A stretch of DNA of 63,121 bases from a virus (lineage: Duplodnaviria > Heunggongvirae > Uroviricota > Caudoviricetes), in the IMG/VR virus record IMGVR_UViG_3300032307_000691, one strand, 5' to 3'. A model generated the notes under the pieces. The model searched no databases, was not told the DNA's origin, and saw nothing but the letters and a program-made list of their open reading frames with translations. Position 1 is the stretch's first letter, and every line of letters begins with the position of its first letter. Below are positions 26,518-36,863 of this stretch, piece by piece. A program made the position numbers and the translations under genes.

Positions 26518-27065
26518 AATTGGTTACTGATTATATATCTAAATATATCCTCAGCGGTGTTAGGTCCCACAGTAAATTCAACAAAAGGTATTGAGTTAAT
26601 CAGTAATGTTTGTTTAATATCGTTATCAATTTCTTGTGCTTCCTGTAAATTTTGTAATCTACCACTTGGGTCGTACTCCTCATTATTTCGGGTCAATAAA
26701 ATGTTTATGTTATTATATTTCCCAAATAACGTCCATAAAAACTCACTTAATCCCGACATACCATAAAATGATGCGGGGTAACCTTCACCATACCTCTGTT
26801 CATAGAAACAACCCAAAACAATTGGCGAATCGACAATTATGTAATCCACTTTACCATACAACCTACTAATATTCCTATGTTGATTTGCGGTTATGAAAAA
26901 TTGGTCACTTAATTGAGAGACATTTCCCTCCCATGCAACTTCTTTAGGGAATTCATACGTATACTCAACACTCATATGGTGTTTCTTCATTTCAGTAAAC
27001 AATCCCGATGCTTGCGTTGATTTACCGATACCCGGACCTCCAAAAAAGTTGATAATTGTGCTCAT
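26514..27065 (-). CDS. P-loop NTPase (AAA_28/NadR-like kinase)
   Basis: GGPGIGKST, IVDSP. Confidence 0.75.
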   Translation of the reverse strand: MSTIINFFGGPGIGKSTQASGLFTEMKKHHMSVEYTYEFPKEVAWEGNVSQLSDQFFITANQHRNISRLYGKVDYIIVDSPIVLGCFYEQRYGEGYPASFYGMSGLSEFLWTLFGKYNNINILLTRNNEEYDPSGRLQNLQEAQEIDNDIKQTLLINSIPFVEFTVGPNTAEDIFRYIISNQL

Positions 27066-27160
27066 ATGTAAATGATACGAAAACTTTACTAATTTATCAA
27101 GATGTATTACAATTCAAAAAAGCTTGATATTTATAATAAAATCTAAAAAATAAAGGAGAT

Positions 27161-27487
27161 ATGGATGTAAACTCATTCTATACGGTCTTGGTTACCGCAG
27201 TCACAGTTTTAGGCTCCGCAAGTGCTTGGAGATTTTACGAAAAAAGAGCCATGAGAAAAGAAAGGTCCGAAGATTATATGAAAGACGAATGTCGTGAAAG
27301 AATTGCCAAATTGGAAGTTCTTTTAGAAAGGTCTGCCATTGAGAAGGACGAAATGAGAACCAAGATATTGGAACTTACTCGTGAAGTTGCTGAACTCAGA
27401 GTTAAAGTTGAATTCTTGGAAGATAAGAATAAAGAACTACAAAAGAAAACGGTTTCTAAACCAAGAACAAGAAAAACACAATCATGA
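27161..27487 (+). CDS. Single-TM coiled-coil protein (holin/spanin-like candidate)
   Basis: N-terminal TM, coiled coil, basic tail. Confidence 0.5.
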   Translation: MDVNSFYTVLVTAVTVLGSASAWRFYEKRAMRKERSEDYMKDECRERIAKLEVLLERSAIEKDEMRTKILELTREVAELRVKVEFLEDKNKELQKKTVSKPRTRKTQS

Positions 27488-27912
27488 AAAAATACATTTT
27501 AACAGAAAGTCAGTATAATAAATTAATGAACACCTTAATGCTTCAAGAAGAGGTAACCTCAAGTGGTAAAGGGAAATTATACGGATGTAATAGAAATCAA
27601 ACATTGGAGATTTGTTACAAAAAATCAGGATTAAAAGGGAGTCCAAAGTTTGGTATGAAAGACCCAATAGGTTTAGCAAGTATGTTGTACCAAGTGGCAC
27701 CAGGTGATACTTGGAACGGAATTATGAACAACGTATTGGGTATCGATAAATTTTATCCAATCTCCTCACCAAATCCATCAGAAAAGAAAGAGGCAATGAG
27801 AAATTACGAATATTGGTCTAAGAACGTTTTAGATATGAATCCTCAATTAGGTGGCAATAAAGCAGGAATTAAAGCAGGTGATATCCTTCATTTAGAAGCA
27901 CCTTACGATTAA
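27484..27912 (+). CDS. LysM-like domain protein
   Basis: YQVAPGDTWNGI...NPQL...IKAGDILHL. Confidence 0.65.
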   Translation: MKKYILTESQYNKLMNTLMLQEEVTSSGKGKLYGCNRNQTLEICYKKSGLKGSPKFGMKDPIGLASMLYQVAPGDTWNGIMNNVLGIDKFYPISSPNPSEKKEAMRNYEYWSKNVLDMNPQLGGNKAGIKAGDILHLEAPYD

Positions 27913-28481
27913 CAATCTTTTGTTAATGAATCAAATACCTGTACAATTGTACTCAATGAATCATAACTAAAACACTCAGAATAACCTGAAAAACTTTCCA
28001 AGAGGGGTCGATATTTTTTGACTCCTCTTTTTTTTGCCAACGTATCTTTAATCTTCTCCTCTAATTTTTCGGCATCCTTGGTATCTATCCTTCTAAGAAC
28101 GGATTCTATGGTGTAACCTTCGTAACCATAATCTTTACTGAATCTTCTAAGTATGAATTTCTTGGAAGTTATCCCCACTTTTACAAAGGTTTTTCCCGAA
28201 CGCTCCTCTTTCATTAAGATTAAGTATAATGATTTAGGTAACTCCTTGATTTTCTTTTGTTTATCCTTTGTATGTTTGGATAGTTTTTTAAAAACATAGG
28301 TTTTTGCATCCTCCATGGTGTCGAACTCTTTAACGTCCCTATATGGGTTAGGTAAATATTTTTTAAATCGTTGAGAATAAAGGAGTTTACCACTGTCAAC
28401 AACTATCTTTTTCTTGGTTCCGACCTTCTTCTCATAGAAAGAATAGAAACCCATTTTCAAAATCGGTTCTGGCATATACAA
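27909..28481 (-). CDS. GIY-YIG/T5orf172-like protein
   Basis: LYLILM...FVKVGITS...RRF. Confidence 0.55.
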   Translation of the reverse strand: MYMPEPILKMGFYSFYEKKVGTKKKIVVDSGKLLYSQRFKKYLPNPYRDVKEFDTMEDAKTYVFKKLSKHTKDKQKKIKELPKSLYLILMKEERSGKTFVKVGITSKKFILRRFSKDYGYEGYTIESVLRRIDTKDAEKLEEKIKDTLAKKRGVKKYRPLLESFSGYSECFSYDSLSTIVQVFDSLTKDC

Positions 28482-28556
28482 TACATATTTCGATACTTTT
28501 TTTTGTATATCTTAAAATAAGGTTGTACTTTTGTATCATCTAAAAACAAATAATAC

Positions 28557-28889
28557 ATGTCTGTAACAAAAAAGTGTACTGGTTGTAAAAAGGAATTATC
28601 AATCACTAGTTTCTACAAAAACAAATTGATTCATGACGGTCACAGTAATTACTGTGTCGATTGTACCAAGGTGAATTCAAAAAAGTACTTTGAGAGAAAG
28701 AAAGAGCGTATCATCAAAACAGAGAATGATAATCTTATGAAAATGGCTTTATTATCGGATTCTGATTCAACAAGTGCAGATAACTTGATGAAAATTATGA
28801 TGATTGAGAAGATGTGTAAGACAATCTTGGACGAGCTCGAGCATCTAAAAAGAGGTTTTGTAAAGGTCGAATCCGAAATGGTTAAATAA
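28557..28889 (+). CDS. Zinc-finger (CxxC...CxxC) protein
   Basis: KKCTGCKK...DGHSNYCVDC. Confidence 0.65.
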   Translation: MSVTKKCTGCKKELSITSFYKNKLIHDGHSNYCVDCTKVNSKKYFERKKERIIKTENDNLMKMALLSDSDSTSADNLMKIMMIEKMCKTILDELEHLKRGFVKVESEMVK

Positions 28890-28940
28890 ATATGCACAAA
28901 CCCACATTGATGGGTATTTATTGTATATATTTATTTCACT

Positions 28941-30467
28941 ATGAAGTTTAATGAACTTATAACAACTGTTATTTACGAAGAGATAAAGAACAAGAAACTC
29001 TTCAACGCTCTACTTGAAAAGTGGAGGATGGAGAAACCCAATTTATCTCCTGATGAGGCAGAAAGATTAATCACTGTCTTCCAACGAGTTCAAAACGGTT
29101 TAAAACCCGAGAGACCACAAGTATTTTCATTCCTAAGTAGGTTTGATGGAGAACATGGTTTTGAAAGATTTGACCCCAATAATCTAAAAGATATCCAAAA
29201 ATATAGCTACCAACAAATATCATTTTTAGTTGGGGAATATACTGAGGACGAAGAAGAAGCTCAGGGTGATGTTTTTGCCGGTAAGGATACTAAACCTACC
29301 GAAGAGAAGATTGCGGCATCTAAAGAACTTTGGGGGGGAGAAGAAAATCTCATCATAAACGAAGATGGATTTAGGGTGTACAGTATTCCTGACCAAAAAA
29401 CATCTGTTAAGTATGGTTATTACGTTGAAGTGATAAACAGGTCTCAACCAAGTAGTAACAGCCCTTGGTGTGTAACTTGGAGACAAGACCAAGGTAGAAC
29501 CAACATGTGGGGAAGTTACCGTAACCAAAGAAGTTTTTATTTTGTTATTGACGAATCAAAGAGTACTTCTGACAGATATTATTTAGGTGCACTTCAAAGA
29601 GACACCGAGGTTAGAACCGGATTCAGATTAACTTCTGTTAGAAATGACGGAGATAACACTATGACATGGGAAGAGATTATTGACATCTACCCAAAACTTG
29701 CGGACCACAAAGATAAGATTGGCGTTAAACCATTCTCACAAAATGAGTTGGAGGAAAAGAATGCGGTAGGTCAAATTACCGAAAGAGAAGGTAGTCCATA
29801 TGAGTTCAAGAGAGTAGATAGAAACCTTAAAAGAGCATATATCAATAACCAAGGTACGCTGAGAAAATCGGAATCTTGGAGAGCAATGGACGAAAAGTTA
29901 AGGGCTCTTTATATTCTTTCAACAACTGAACATCAAGTGAAAGATAAGTTCAGTAACTTCGATTTTGTAAATGAAATTAGAAAAGTCGGTAGTGAATTCA
30001 ATTTATTAGACAATCGTTTAAAACAATTGGGTTTAAGTGGTGTCGGAGTAATATATGACCACTTAATGGCCAATGAATTCAAAGTAGCAAGAGTATCTGC
30101 TGATAATGAGAAAATCAGGTTGTATGAAAGTAAAATCAACGGTAAATCGGGATTATACAATACAAGGACATCTGATTGGATTGAAATGGGTGGACACAAA
30201 TATGAACCATTATACGAACAAGTTGATACCGATTTATTCTTTGATGATGAAGGTGAAACTTATGTTGTTGAGACATTTAGTAAAACGATGCAACCATCAA
30301 ATGATTCATTTTACTCAGTATATCTTGTAAGTGAATCAAATCCTGAGTTTAACTCTCACTTCTTATCCGCAACCGCGTGGGAGAAGTTAAAGAGTAATTT
30401 AAAATCGGAAGATGAAGATGTTCCGAAGAAACCGGGTGATGAAACCGATATTAAAGAATGGAGATAA
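28941..30467 (+). CDS. Large protein with PcfJ-like WC motif domain
   Basis: SPWCVTW...MWGSY...FYFVIDE. Confidence 0.55.
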   Translation: MKFNELITTVIYEEIKNKKLFNALLEKWRMEKPNLSPDEAERLITVFQRVQNGLKPERPQVFSFLSRFDGEHGFERFDPNNLKDIQKYSYQQISFLVGEYTEDEEEAQGDVFAGKDTKPTEEKIAASKELWGGEENLIINEDGFRVYSIPDQKTSVKYGYYVEVINRSQPSSNSPWCVTWRQDQGRTNMWGSYRNQRSFYFVIDESKSTSDRYYLGALQRDTEVRTGFRLTSVRNDGDNTMTWEEIIDIYPKLADHKDKIGVKPFSQNELEEKNAVGQITEREGSPYEFKRVDRNLKRAYINNQGTLRKSESWRAMDEKLRALYILSTTEHQVKDKFSNFDFVNEIRKVGSEFNLLDNRLKQLGLSGVGVIYDHLMANEFKVARVSADNEKIRLYESKINGKSGLYNTRTSDWIEMGGHKYEPLYEQVDTDLFFDDEGETYVVETFSKTMQPSNDSFYSVYLVSESNPEFNSHFLSATAWEKLKSNLKSEDEDVPKKPGDETDIKEWR

Positions 30468-30493
30468 AAAAAGGGGGTTTTAAACCCCCTTTC

Positions 30494-31336
30494 TTATTTA
30501 AGTAAATTGTAATATTCTTTAAAGTGTTTAATTCTATCTGCCAATCCAATAGTACCACCATTTACTCTTTTTGTAATTGATGTCACCACTTGGTCAGTTG
30601 AACCTTGGTCCGCCATTTTATGTAAACCATTTTTGTTAAAGAACCATGCCGCAGATAATAATGGATAATGAGTCGCAACCTTATCAGGATTTGCGGTCAT
30701 ATCTTCATTAATCGATTTACCAAATGCGGTGTAGTTATCCTTACCCGTCAATTGGATATATCCACGTCCACGGAATTTAAATCCTTCTTTTGTTGGTTCT
30801 GCTCCGTTACCCATTCTTCCACCATAAACTCTTGATGCAATTGCTTCGGGTTTTCTTTGATATTGTTCGGCGAGTGCTTGAGTAGGGAAATACTTTTTGA
30901 AAATACCCATAAGACCTTTTGCTGAATAATTTAAATTTTCTTGAGTTGCTCTGAAACCACCCGATTCGTGTCCACACTGTGCTAAGAAGTGTGCCAATCT
31001 TAAAGGTGTGTTAATTTGGAATTTCGCGGCGGTGTCAGGAATCTGTGCAATAACTGCATCAGGAATATGACCTCTTAAATTTTCTAATTTTAATTCACCT
31101 GTAAACGCGACAGGTGCCGGTTCGGTAATTACCGATGGTTGTGAAGACACCCCTTCTCCGAACATTTTTCTCCATGTTCCATCACCAACTAAACCGTCGG
31201 CGGTTAATCCGTTTGCTGCTTGCCATCTTTTTACCGCAGCTTCGGTACCGGGACCGAAAACACCGTCAGCTCCCAATCCTAATTTAGCTTGGAGTTGTTT
31301 TACTTCTTCTCCTCTTGAACCTACTTTTAGTAACAT
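30494..31336 (-). CDS. Endolysin: peptidoglycan-binding domain plus GH19 lysozyme
   Basis: DGVFGPGTEAAVKRWQ; FLAQCGHESG, FRGRGYIQLTG, VNGG. Confidence 0.93.
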   Translation of the reverse strand: MLLKVGSRGEEVKQLQAKLGLGADGVFGPGTEAAVKRWQAANGLTADGLVGDGTWRKMFGEGVSSQPSVITEPAPVAFTGELKLENLRGHIPDAVIAQIPDTAAKFQINTPLRLAHFLAQCGHESGGFRATQENLNYSAKGLMGIFKKYFPTQALAEQYQRKPEAIASRVYGGRMGNGAEPTKEGFKFRGRGYIQLTGKDNYTAFGKSINEDMTANPDKVATHYPLLSAAWFFNKNGLHKMADQGSTDQVVTSITKRVNGGTIGLADRIKHFKEYYNLLK

Positions 31337-31439
31337 AATTTTAGTTTTATTTGATTTATTACCTATAAATACCTAAAAAAAGAGTTAAAATATTTTAAAA
31401 AAAATTTGGAATATTCAAAAACATCATTAACTTTGTTAT

Positions 31440-31982
31440 ATGAAAAGGTTAGTCATATTATTATTTTTTGTTCCATCGATTGGGTTTGGACAAACGAAAG
31501 TGAATCAGGATTCACTTCTATATCATTTTACAAAAATCATTAACAGCTATCGAGCAAAGAATGGTTTAAACCCCGTTTCGGTTGACCCCAAGATGAAGGT
31601 TTTAACTGATTATTGGTCAAAACGCATGGGTGAAATGGGACTCGTTGGACATGGTAGTGGGTATGACAGTTTTCAATCAAGAATATCGAGGGAGAAATCA
31701 ATTCCTCCGAGCTTCATTATGTTAGAGAATTGTACTGAGTTGATGACACCTGATGCTCCGAAATACGTTACCGTGGAATCGTATCCTGATTTAGTGTGGT
31801 ATATTCAAAAATCTTATGCATGTCAATTGAATCAATACCAATATGCGTACTATGCATTTTTAATGTGGAAAAATTCACCTCCACATAATCAAAGTATGTT
31901 GGACCCCGACACTAAGTATTTTTATCTTTCTTCGTGTCGTAAAAATGGGCATACCTATTTATGTTATATTGCTAGAAGCTAA
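31440..31982 (+). CDS. Secreted CAP (SCP)-domain protein
   Basis: INSYRAKNGL...GH...ENC...WKNSPPH. Confidence 0.8.
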   Translation: MKRLVILLFFVPSIGFGQTKVNQDSLLYHFTKIINSYRAKNGLNPVSVDPKMKVLTDYWSKRMGEMGLVGHGSGYDSFQSRISREKSIPPSFIMLENCTELMTPDAPKYVTVESYPDLVWYIQKSYACQLNQYQYAYYAFLMWKNSPPHNQSMLDPDTKYFYLSSCRKNGHTYLCYIARS

Positions 31983-31987
31983 ATCAT

Positions 31988-32533
31988 ATGAGATTACTTT
32001 TTTTATTAATTATTTTTAGTTTCTCCCCAAGATTATCTTACGGACAGAATGTGGTAAATAATGATTCCGTATTGTATTATTTCAATTTTATGTTGAACGA
32101 ATATAGAATGATAAATGGTTTGAAACCATTGGTAATCGATACTAAAATAAAACCGTTCTCAGAATCTTGGGCTAATCACATGTCATCAAACAATATGGTG
32201 TACCATGGTAATGATGATAATAGTTTCCCCAACAGAGTAAAAAGTTATTTTCCGGCAACAATTTATTGTGTTGAGAACTGTTGTTCAATCACTACACCGA
32301 AAACAAAAGAAGATGGATACGTTAGTTGTTCGATAAAAGAATTAATACCATTGATAAGAAAAACATATGACGGTACCGCAAATCAGTTTGATTATGCATA
32401 CTTCGCATTCATTTTGTGGAAATCATCCCCAACACATAATGACGCATTACTTGACCCAAACATTAAAAAATTTTACCTTAGTTCCTCTCCGTCAAGGGAC
32501 CTAACCTATATGGAATTTGTGGGAACTAATTAA
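31988..32533 (+). CDS. Secreted CAP (SCP)-domain protein, tandem paralog
   Basis: LNEYRMINGL...YH...ENC...WKSSPTH. Confidence 0.8.
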   Translation: MRLLFLLIIFSFSPRLSYGQNVVNNDSVLYYFNFMLNEYRMINGLKPLVIDTKIKPFSESWANHMSSNNMVYHGNDDNSFPNRVKSYFPATIYCVENCCSITTPKTKEDGYVSCSIKELIPLIRKTYDGTANQFDYAYFAFILWKSSPTHNDALLDPNIKKFYLSSSPSRDLTYMEFVGTN

Positions 32534-32564
32534 AACTTTTAATATTTATATATAAAATACAACA

Positions 32565-33059
32565 ATGGCAAAATTTATCTTTACTGAATCACAAATAGAA
32601 ATGGCGAAAAAATCAATGGGAGAAGGTCGCGGTAGTGACTTCAAAACTAACCGTTTTGAAAAGGGTTATGATGATAGATATCGTGTTGAATGTGAGGTAG
32701 AGATTGATAGTTATGGTTTAAATTTCAACGGTAAAGAAATCGACTATATTACCGCCCCAAAAATCACAATGTACTTTAATATTGATATTGAAGCGAGAAG
32801 TTGGGGTATCAAAGATGTAATGGTATATAATCCTCATGGACCTAACCAAATTGAATTGGAGGTCATTTATTATGAGGATGAGGACACACAAAAAGACGAT
32901 ATAATCACAATTCCATTAAATTGGGATGATGCTCAGATGGAAGACGCGGATAATATGTCATATTTTGGATTTGACAACCTAATAACCATTCGTTTAAAGA
33001 ATGATGAGCAGGGTGGTTTAACGAGTGATTTTATCACAACTTACAGAAAAACACTATAA
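32565..33059 (+). CDS. Hypothetical protein with FIFTESQ N-terminus
   Basis: ORF with upstream TATTTATA. Confidence 0.7.
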   Translation: MAKFIFTESQIEMAKKSMGEGRGSDFKTNRFEKGYDDRYRVECEVEIDSYGLNFNGKEIDYITAPKITMYFNIDIEARSWGIKDVMVYNPHGPNQIELEVIYYEDEDTQKDDIITIPLNWDDAQMEDADNMSYFGFDNLITIRLKNDEQGGLTSDFITTYRKTL

Positions 33060-33212
33060 CACTTTACAGATTGTGAGGTTTTCACTTTACACTTTGTGAG
33101 ATTTCCTTATACTTATAATTGACCTTGTGGTTGAATTTGAAGTGTCCTTGAGACATTTGAGTTGGAATTGGTACCAACGAATTCGGGTTCAAATACAAAA
33201 AAATATAAGGAA

Positions 33213-34034
33213 ATGAATTACATGACAACGAAAGGGTGGGTTGTACCCCAATCTTTTATTACTAAGAGTAAGCAAAGATTAAAACAACACGTAGATACCG
33301 TTTATCTTAAAAACGGTGATGAGTTCGAAATCGAACTTTTTAATCCCACACAAAATAAAGTTTTAGCAAAGATTGAATTAAATGGTGTATCCATTGGTTC
33401 GGGCATTGTTTTACGTCCCGGTGAGAGGGTTTTCCTCGAAAGGTACTTAGATGATGCTAAGAAGTTTTTATTTGAAACTTACATTGTAAATGGGAATAAC
33501 AATGAAGTACAGCAAGCAATTGCTAAAAATGGTGATGTTACAGTTAAATTTTATGATGAAGTAAAATCACAATCATATACTTCACCATTTGTATTATCAG
33601 GTTCAGGTACCGTTACATGGACCAACGGAACATCAACCGGTGGTTATAGCTTCCCGACATATACAAATGACATCAATACCAAATACTTCACAAATACTTC
33701 GAGTATTGGTGGTTCTTTTGATGGTTCAATAACAACATCAAACTATTCGTATACCGATTTCGGAACCAGTAATGTTTTTAATAAACAGAAAACAAGTGAA
33801 GTGAGACATTTAGAAACAGGTAGAGTTGAGAAGGGTTCTGATTCAAGTCAAACATTTACCTATGATAATTCAACGTTTAATTCTTACCCAACCAAAACTA
33901 ATTGGTGGAAGATTAAACCGGTAAGTGAAAAGGTAATGGTTAAAGAAGATTTGGTTGTTTATTGCACGGAATGTGGTGCAAAACGTAAAAAAGATAACCA
34001 TAAGTTCTGTCCACATTGCGGAACAAAATTCTAA
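33213..34034 (+). CDS. Hypothetical protein with C-terminal double zinc ribbon
   Basis: CTECG...FCPHCG; ATG 33213 after AAGG. Confidence 0.7.
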   Translation: MNYMTTKGWVVPQSFITKSKQRLKQHVDTVYLKNGDEFEIELFNPTQNKVLAKIELNGVSIGSGIVLRPGERVFLERYLDDAKKFLFETYIVNGNNNEVQQAIAKNGDVTVKFYDEVKSQSYTSPFVLSGSGTVTWTNGTSTGGYSFPTYTNDINTKYFTNTSSIGGSFDGSITTSNYSYTDFGTSNVFNKQKTSEVRHLETGRVEKGSDSSQTFTYDNSTFNSYPTKTNWWKIKPVSEKVMVKEDLVVYCTECGAKRKKDNHKFCPHCGTKF

Positions 34035-34105
34035 TAATAAACTAATCACAAGGTCATAAAAAAAGGGGACACTAAGTCCCCTTTTCTATTTGAATAATTT
34101 TGATA

Positions 34106-35002
34106 TTAAAGTACGATTGCTTTTCCGTTATATTGTCTTGCTTCAGAAAGAATTGACATCATGTCTTCTCCTTTAAATGAAACAAAACGATTGAATAATT
34201 CAGATAAAAATCCCTTCAACCATCCCGCCGCAGTACCGGCAGCACTTGCCACTTTGTTGGCTGCGTTCGCCACACCACTCTTAATATTAGATGCGGTATT
34301 TGCGATTGCTTGACCAGCAGATTTTAAAGCTCCCGAAGCCCAAGATTTGGCTTGGTCCCAAGCAACACCAACTTCTTTTTGAATTGTTGTCCACTGAGAA
34401 CTTAACCATTGACCAAGTTGTTGACCTACACCTGCAATTGCTGCCGCACCTGCCAAAACTTTCGCCCATACCTTAGTTCCGAATTGTTTCATTGCACCTA
34501 TAACCCATTTAACCACCGCAATTGATGAATCCTTTAATGAGTTAAGTTGTTGACCAACCCACTTAGCACCCTTTTCAACCGCAATACCAACTTTTGTTAG
34601 TGCGTTTACTGCCATCATATCTAAAGTGGTTGCGGCACCCACAACAACTTTACCTGTTGCGGTTAACAACTTTAGAATCGAACTTGCGATTGCCGCTGTT
34701 AGTTTGTAAACCCCCTTACCAATTAACCAAATAACTGCCGCACCGTAAGTGATTGCTGTTATAGTGATATTACCAATTTTAATTAAAACTTTCTTACCGG
34801 CTCTCATAACTTCAGTAGCCGCCGCTGAGATTGCTTGTTTAGCTTGTTTTCCCGATTGTTGGGTACCCATATCATTGTATGATGCCGTGGCACTTTGTTT
34901 CATATGGAAGTTACCGTCATTGTTGTTTACCGCCTGTTCAGCAATTACTTTATCAATAAGTTTCTTTAACTGAGTTTCGGTTAATACTACTTTTCTAGCC
35001 AT
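34106..35002 (-). CDS. Ala/Gly-rich amphipathic putative ejection/virion protein
   Basis: VVLTETQL N-terminus; repeated amphipathic helices. Confidence 0.6.
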   Translation of the reverse strand: MARKVVLTETQLKKLIDKVIAEQAVNNNDGNFHMKQSATASYNDMGTQQSGKQAKQAISAAATEVMRAGKKVLIKIGNITITAITYGAAVIWLIGKGVYKLTAAIASSILKLLTATGKVVVGAATTLDMMAVNALTKVGIAVEKGAKWVGQQLNSLKDSSIAVVKWVIGAMKQFGTKVWAKVLAGAAAIAGVGQQLGQWLSSQWTTIQKEVGVAWDQAKSWASGALKSAGQAIANTASNIKSGVANAANKVASAAGTAAGWLKGFLSELFNRFVSFKGEDMMSILSEARQYNGKAIVL

Positions 35003-35032
35003 TTTTTTACTTTTATATATAAATATCGAGGT

Positions 35033-35326
35033 TTATTTAAAATTAACAGGTATAGATTTTATATCTGAAATTGTTACATTCTTTAATCCCAATGTACCGT
35101 GAGACAATGGTGCAAAAACACCTTGTTGGTGTAGAAATTGGAAATAGTAATAAAGATAACCCGGGTCAACTTTATCCATGTATTCTTCCTTTACCTTTAC
35201 TCCAATGTTCTCTTCATAAAATTGCTTAGTTGGGGAACCTACGGTTTTCTCGGAACCCTTTCTTTGTAACCAAAAATCCGCGTCGGGAAAATTAGTTTTA
35301 AACGTACAAATGTTACCCAATGTCAT
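35033..35326 (-). CDS. Mini protein resembling part of a type I R-M specificity (HsdS) subunit
   Basis: TLGNIC...DPGYLYYYF...HGTLGLKNVTISDIKSIPV. Confidence 0.5.
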   Translation of the reverse strand: MTLGNICTFKTNFPDADFWLQRKGSEKTVGSPTKQFYEENIGVKVKEEYMDKVDPGYLYYYFQFLHQQGVFAPLSHGTLGLKNVTISDIKSIPVNFK

Positions 35327-36863
35327 ATAATCTATCGTTTAAGTATGAATTAAAATCCTCATCATCAATATCGGGTGACCATCTGTCGTCGATTCTGAAT
35401 CTTGGTTTATCGTAATATTGTCCCATGATTTCATCAAAAACACACGAAGGATTATCATCCCCACAGTTTTCATAGTATTCGTCCAATTCATCATCACCAA
35501 CACCCATCTTATCGGCAACATCCTTTAGATTAATGGTTATGTTAACTCCCTCATCATTTAGTTTAGTTACTTCACCATACTCCTCGAGTGCGTCACGTAA
35601 TTGTTTCATTCCGTAATCGTAGTATGAACTGTTGGCTGCGTCATTATACGCAGAACCAATTGCATTTCTGATTTCATAATCCCCATCGTACTCTTCAATC
35701 AAATTCTCCAATGATTCTTCTGGGTCAAAATCATCACCCGCTCTTTGTTTGATGATTTCTAATATCTTTTGTGTATTCTCTTCGTTTGTATAATACTCTA
35801 AACCACCTTTCCAATCGTCGTGATACCCATCCATTAGGTCCCATATATCACCACTTAATAAGGTTTCAATAAATGATGTTTTACGAGTGTAACCATTCTT
35901 ATCTTTCCATTGACGAACCGTCCAATCTCCCTCAACGTAGTTTCCAACATATTCGGGGTCAATGTTTAATTCAAAAATTGTATTGGGTTCTTCATACTCA
36001 CCAATACCCATTTTTTGTAATGCTCTCTTTAATGCTCTTGTGTTGAATAGTTCAGGGCGAGCATCATAAATTTTTTTAATATCTGGTTCAGATAAATCTG
36101 TAATTTTAAAATCTGATGAACTATCGTATTCAGAACCGAATCCCTCGATGTTCTCACTATTCAAAATTAAATCAACAATATATGGGTGAAATTCTTCTCT
36201 TGGTTTTGAGTTCTTCGGTCCCTTCAATTGATAGATAATACCATCACTACTACCGACAGCTGCGGTTAGGTGACTTTTATTAATTGTGTACTGTGGATTA
36301 ATTCTCTTAGTTTCTCTTAATGAGTAGATTGTATTGTAACCACTTGTTCTACCACAGTGACCCATTCTATTACATTCCTCTTCAGAATTATTTGTATTTA
36401 AATCCACCCAATATATACCTATCCCATCTTTTCTGTAATCACGAAGAATGTCATTCTTCTCTTCATAGTTAATCTCACCTTCACCGGTACCTAACGATTC
36501 GTGCCACTTTCTTGATTCCTGATAAAGAGTTTCAAAACTATTGTCTTTGTATTGTCCGACATTTCCATTCAAACCAACTCTAATCCAATCCATGATAGAA
36601 GTTATTTCACTCCTCTTACCACGTACAATCCCTCCAGAATTGATTTTACCTATAATGTCTTCTCTTGATACCTCTTCTTGTCCAAAGCTCTTTAAATTGT
36701 CTCTAACGAGGTCAATTAATTTATTACCCATCCAAATGGCTAAAGAACCCGTAAGATTCGCCAACACTTCCGCATTATCGTTACTAAAACCAAGTTTGTT
36801 AATGAGAACATCCTTCTTACTTGCTTCAACAACCAACTCTTCAACTAATGAGATAATTTTCAT
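35313..36863 (-). CDS. Large protein with PcfJ-like motif
   Basis: EECNRMGHCG...YSLR...QLKGPKNSKP. Confidence 0.6.
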   Translation of the reverse strand: MKIISLVEELVVEASKKDVLINKLGFSNDNAEVLANLTGSLAIWMGNKLIDLVRDNLKSFGQEEVSREDIIGKINSGGIVRGKRSEITSIMDWIRVGLNGNVGQYKDNSFETLYQESRKWHESLGTGEGEINYEEKNDILRDYRKDGIGIYWVDLNTNNSEEECNRMGHCGRTSGYNTIYSLRETKRINPQYTINKSHLTAAVGSSDGIIYQLKGPKNSKPREEFHPYIVDLILNSENIEGFGSEYDSSSDFKITDLSEPDIKKIYDARPELFNTRALKRALQKMGIGEYEEPNTIFELNIDPEYVGNYVEGDWTVRQWKDKNGYTRKTSFIETLLSGDIWDLMDGYHDDWKGGLEYYTNEENTQKILEIIKQRAGDDFDPEESLENLIEEYDGDYEIRNAIGSAYNDAANSSYYDYGMKQLRDALEEYGEVTKLNDEGVNITINLKDVADKMGVGDDELDEYYENCGDDNPSCVFDEIMGQYYDKPRFRIDDRWSPDIDDEDFNSYLNDRLYDIG

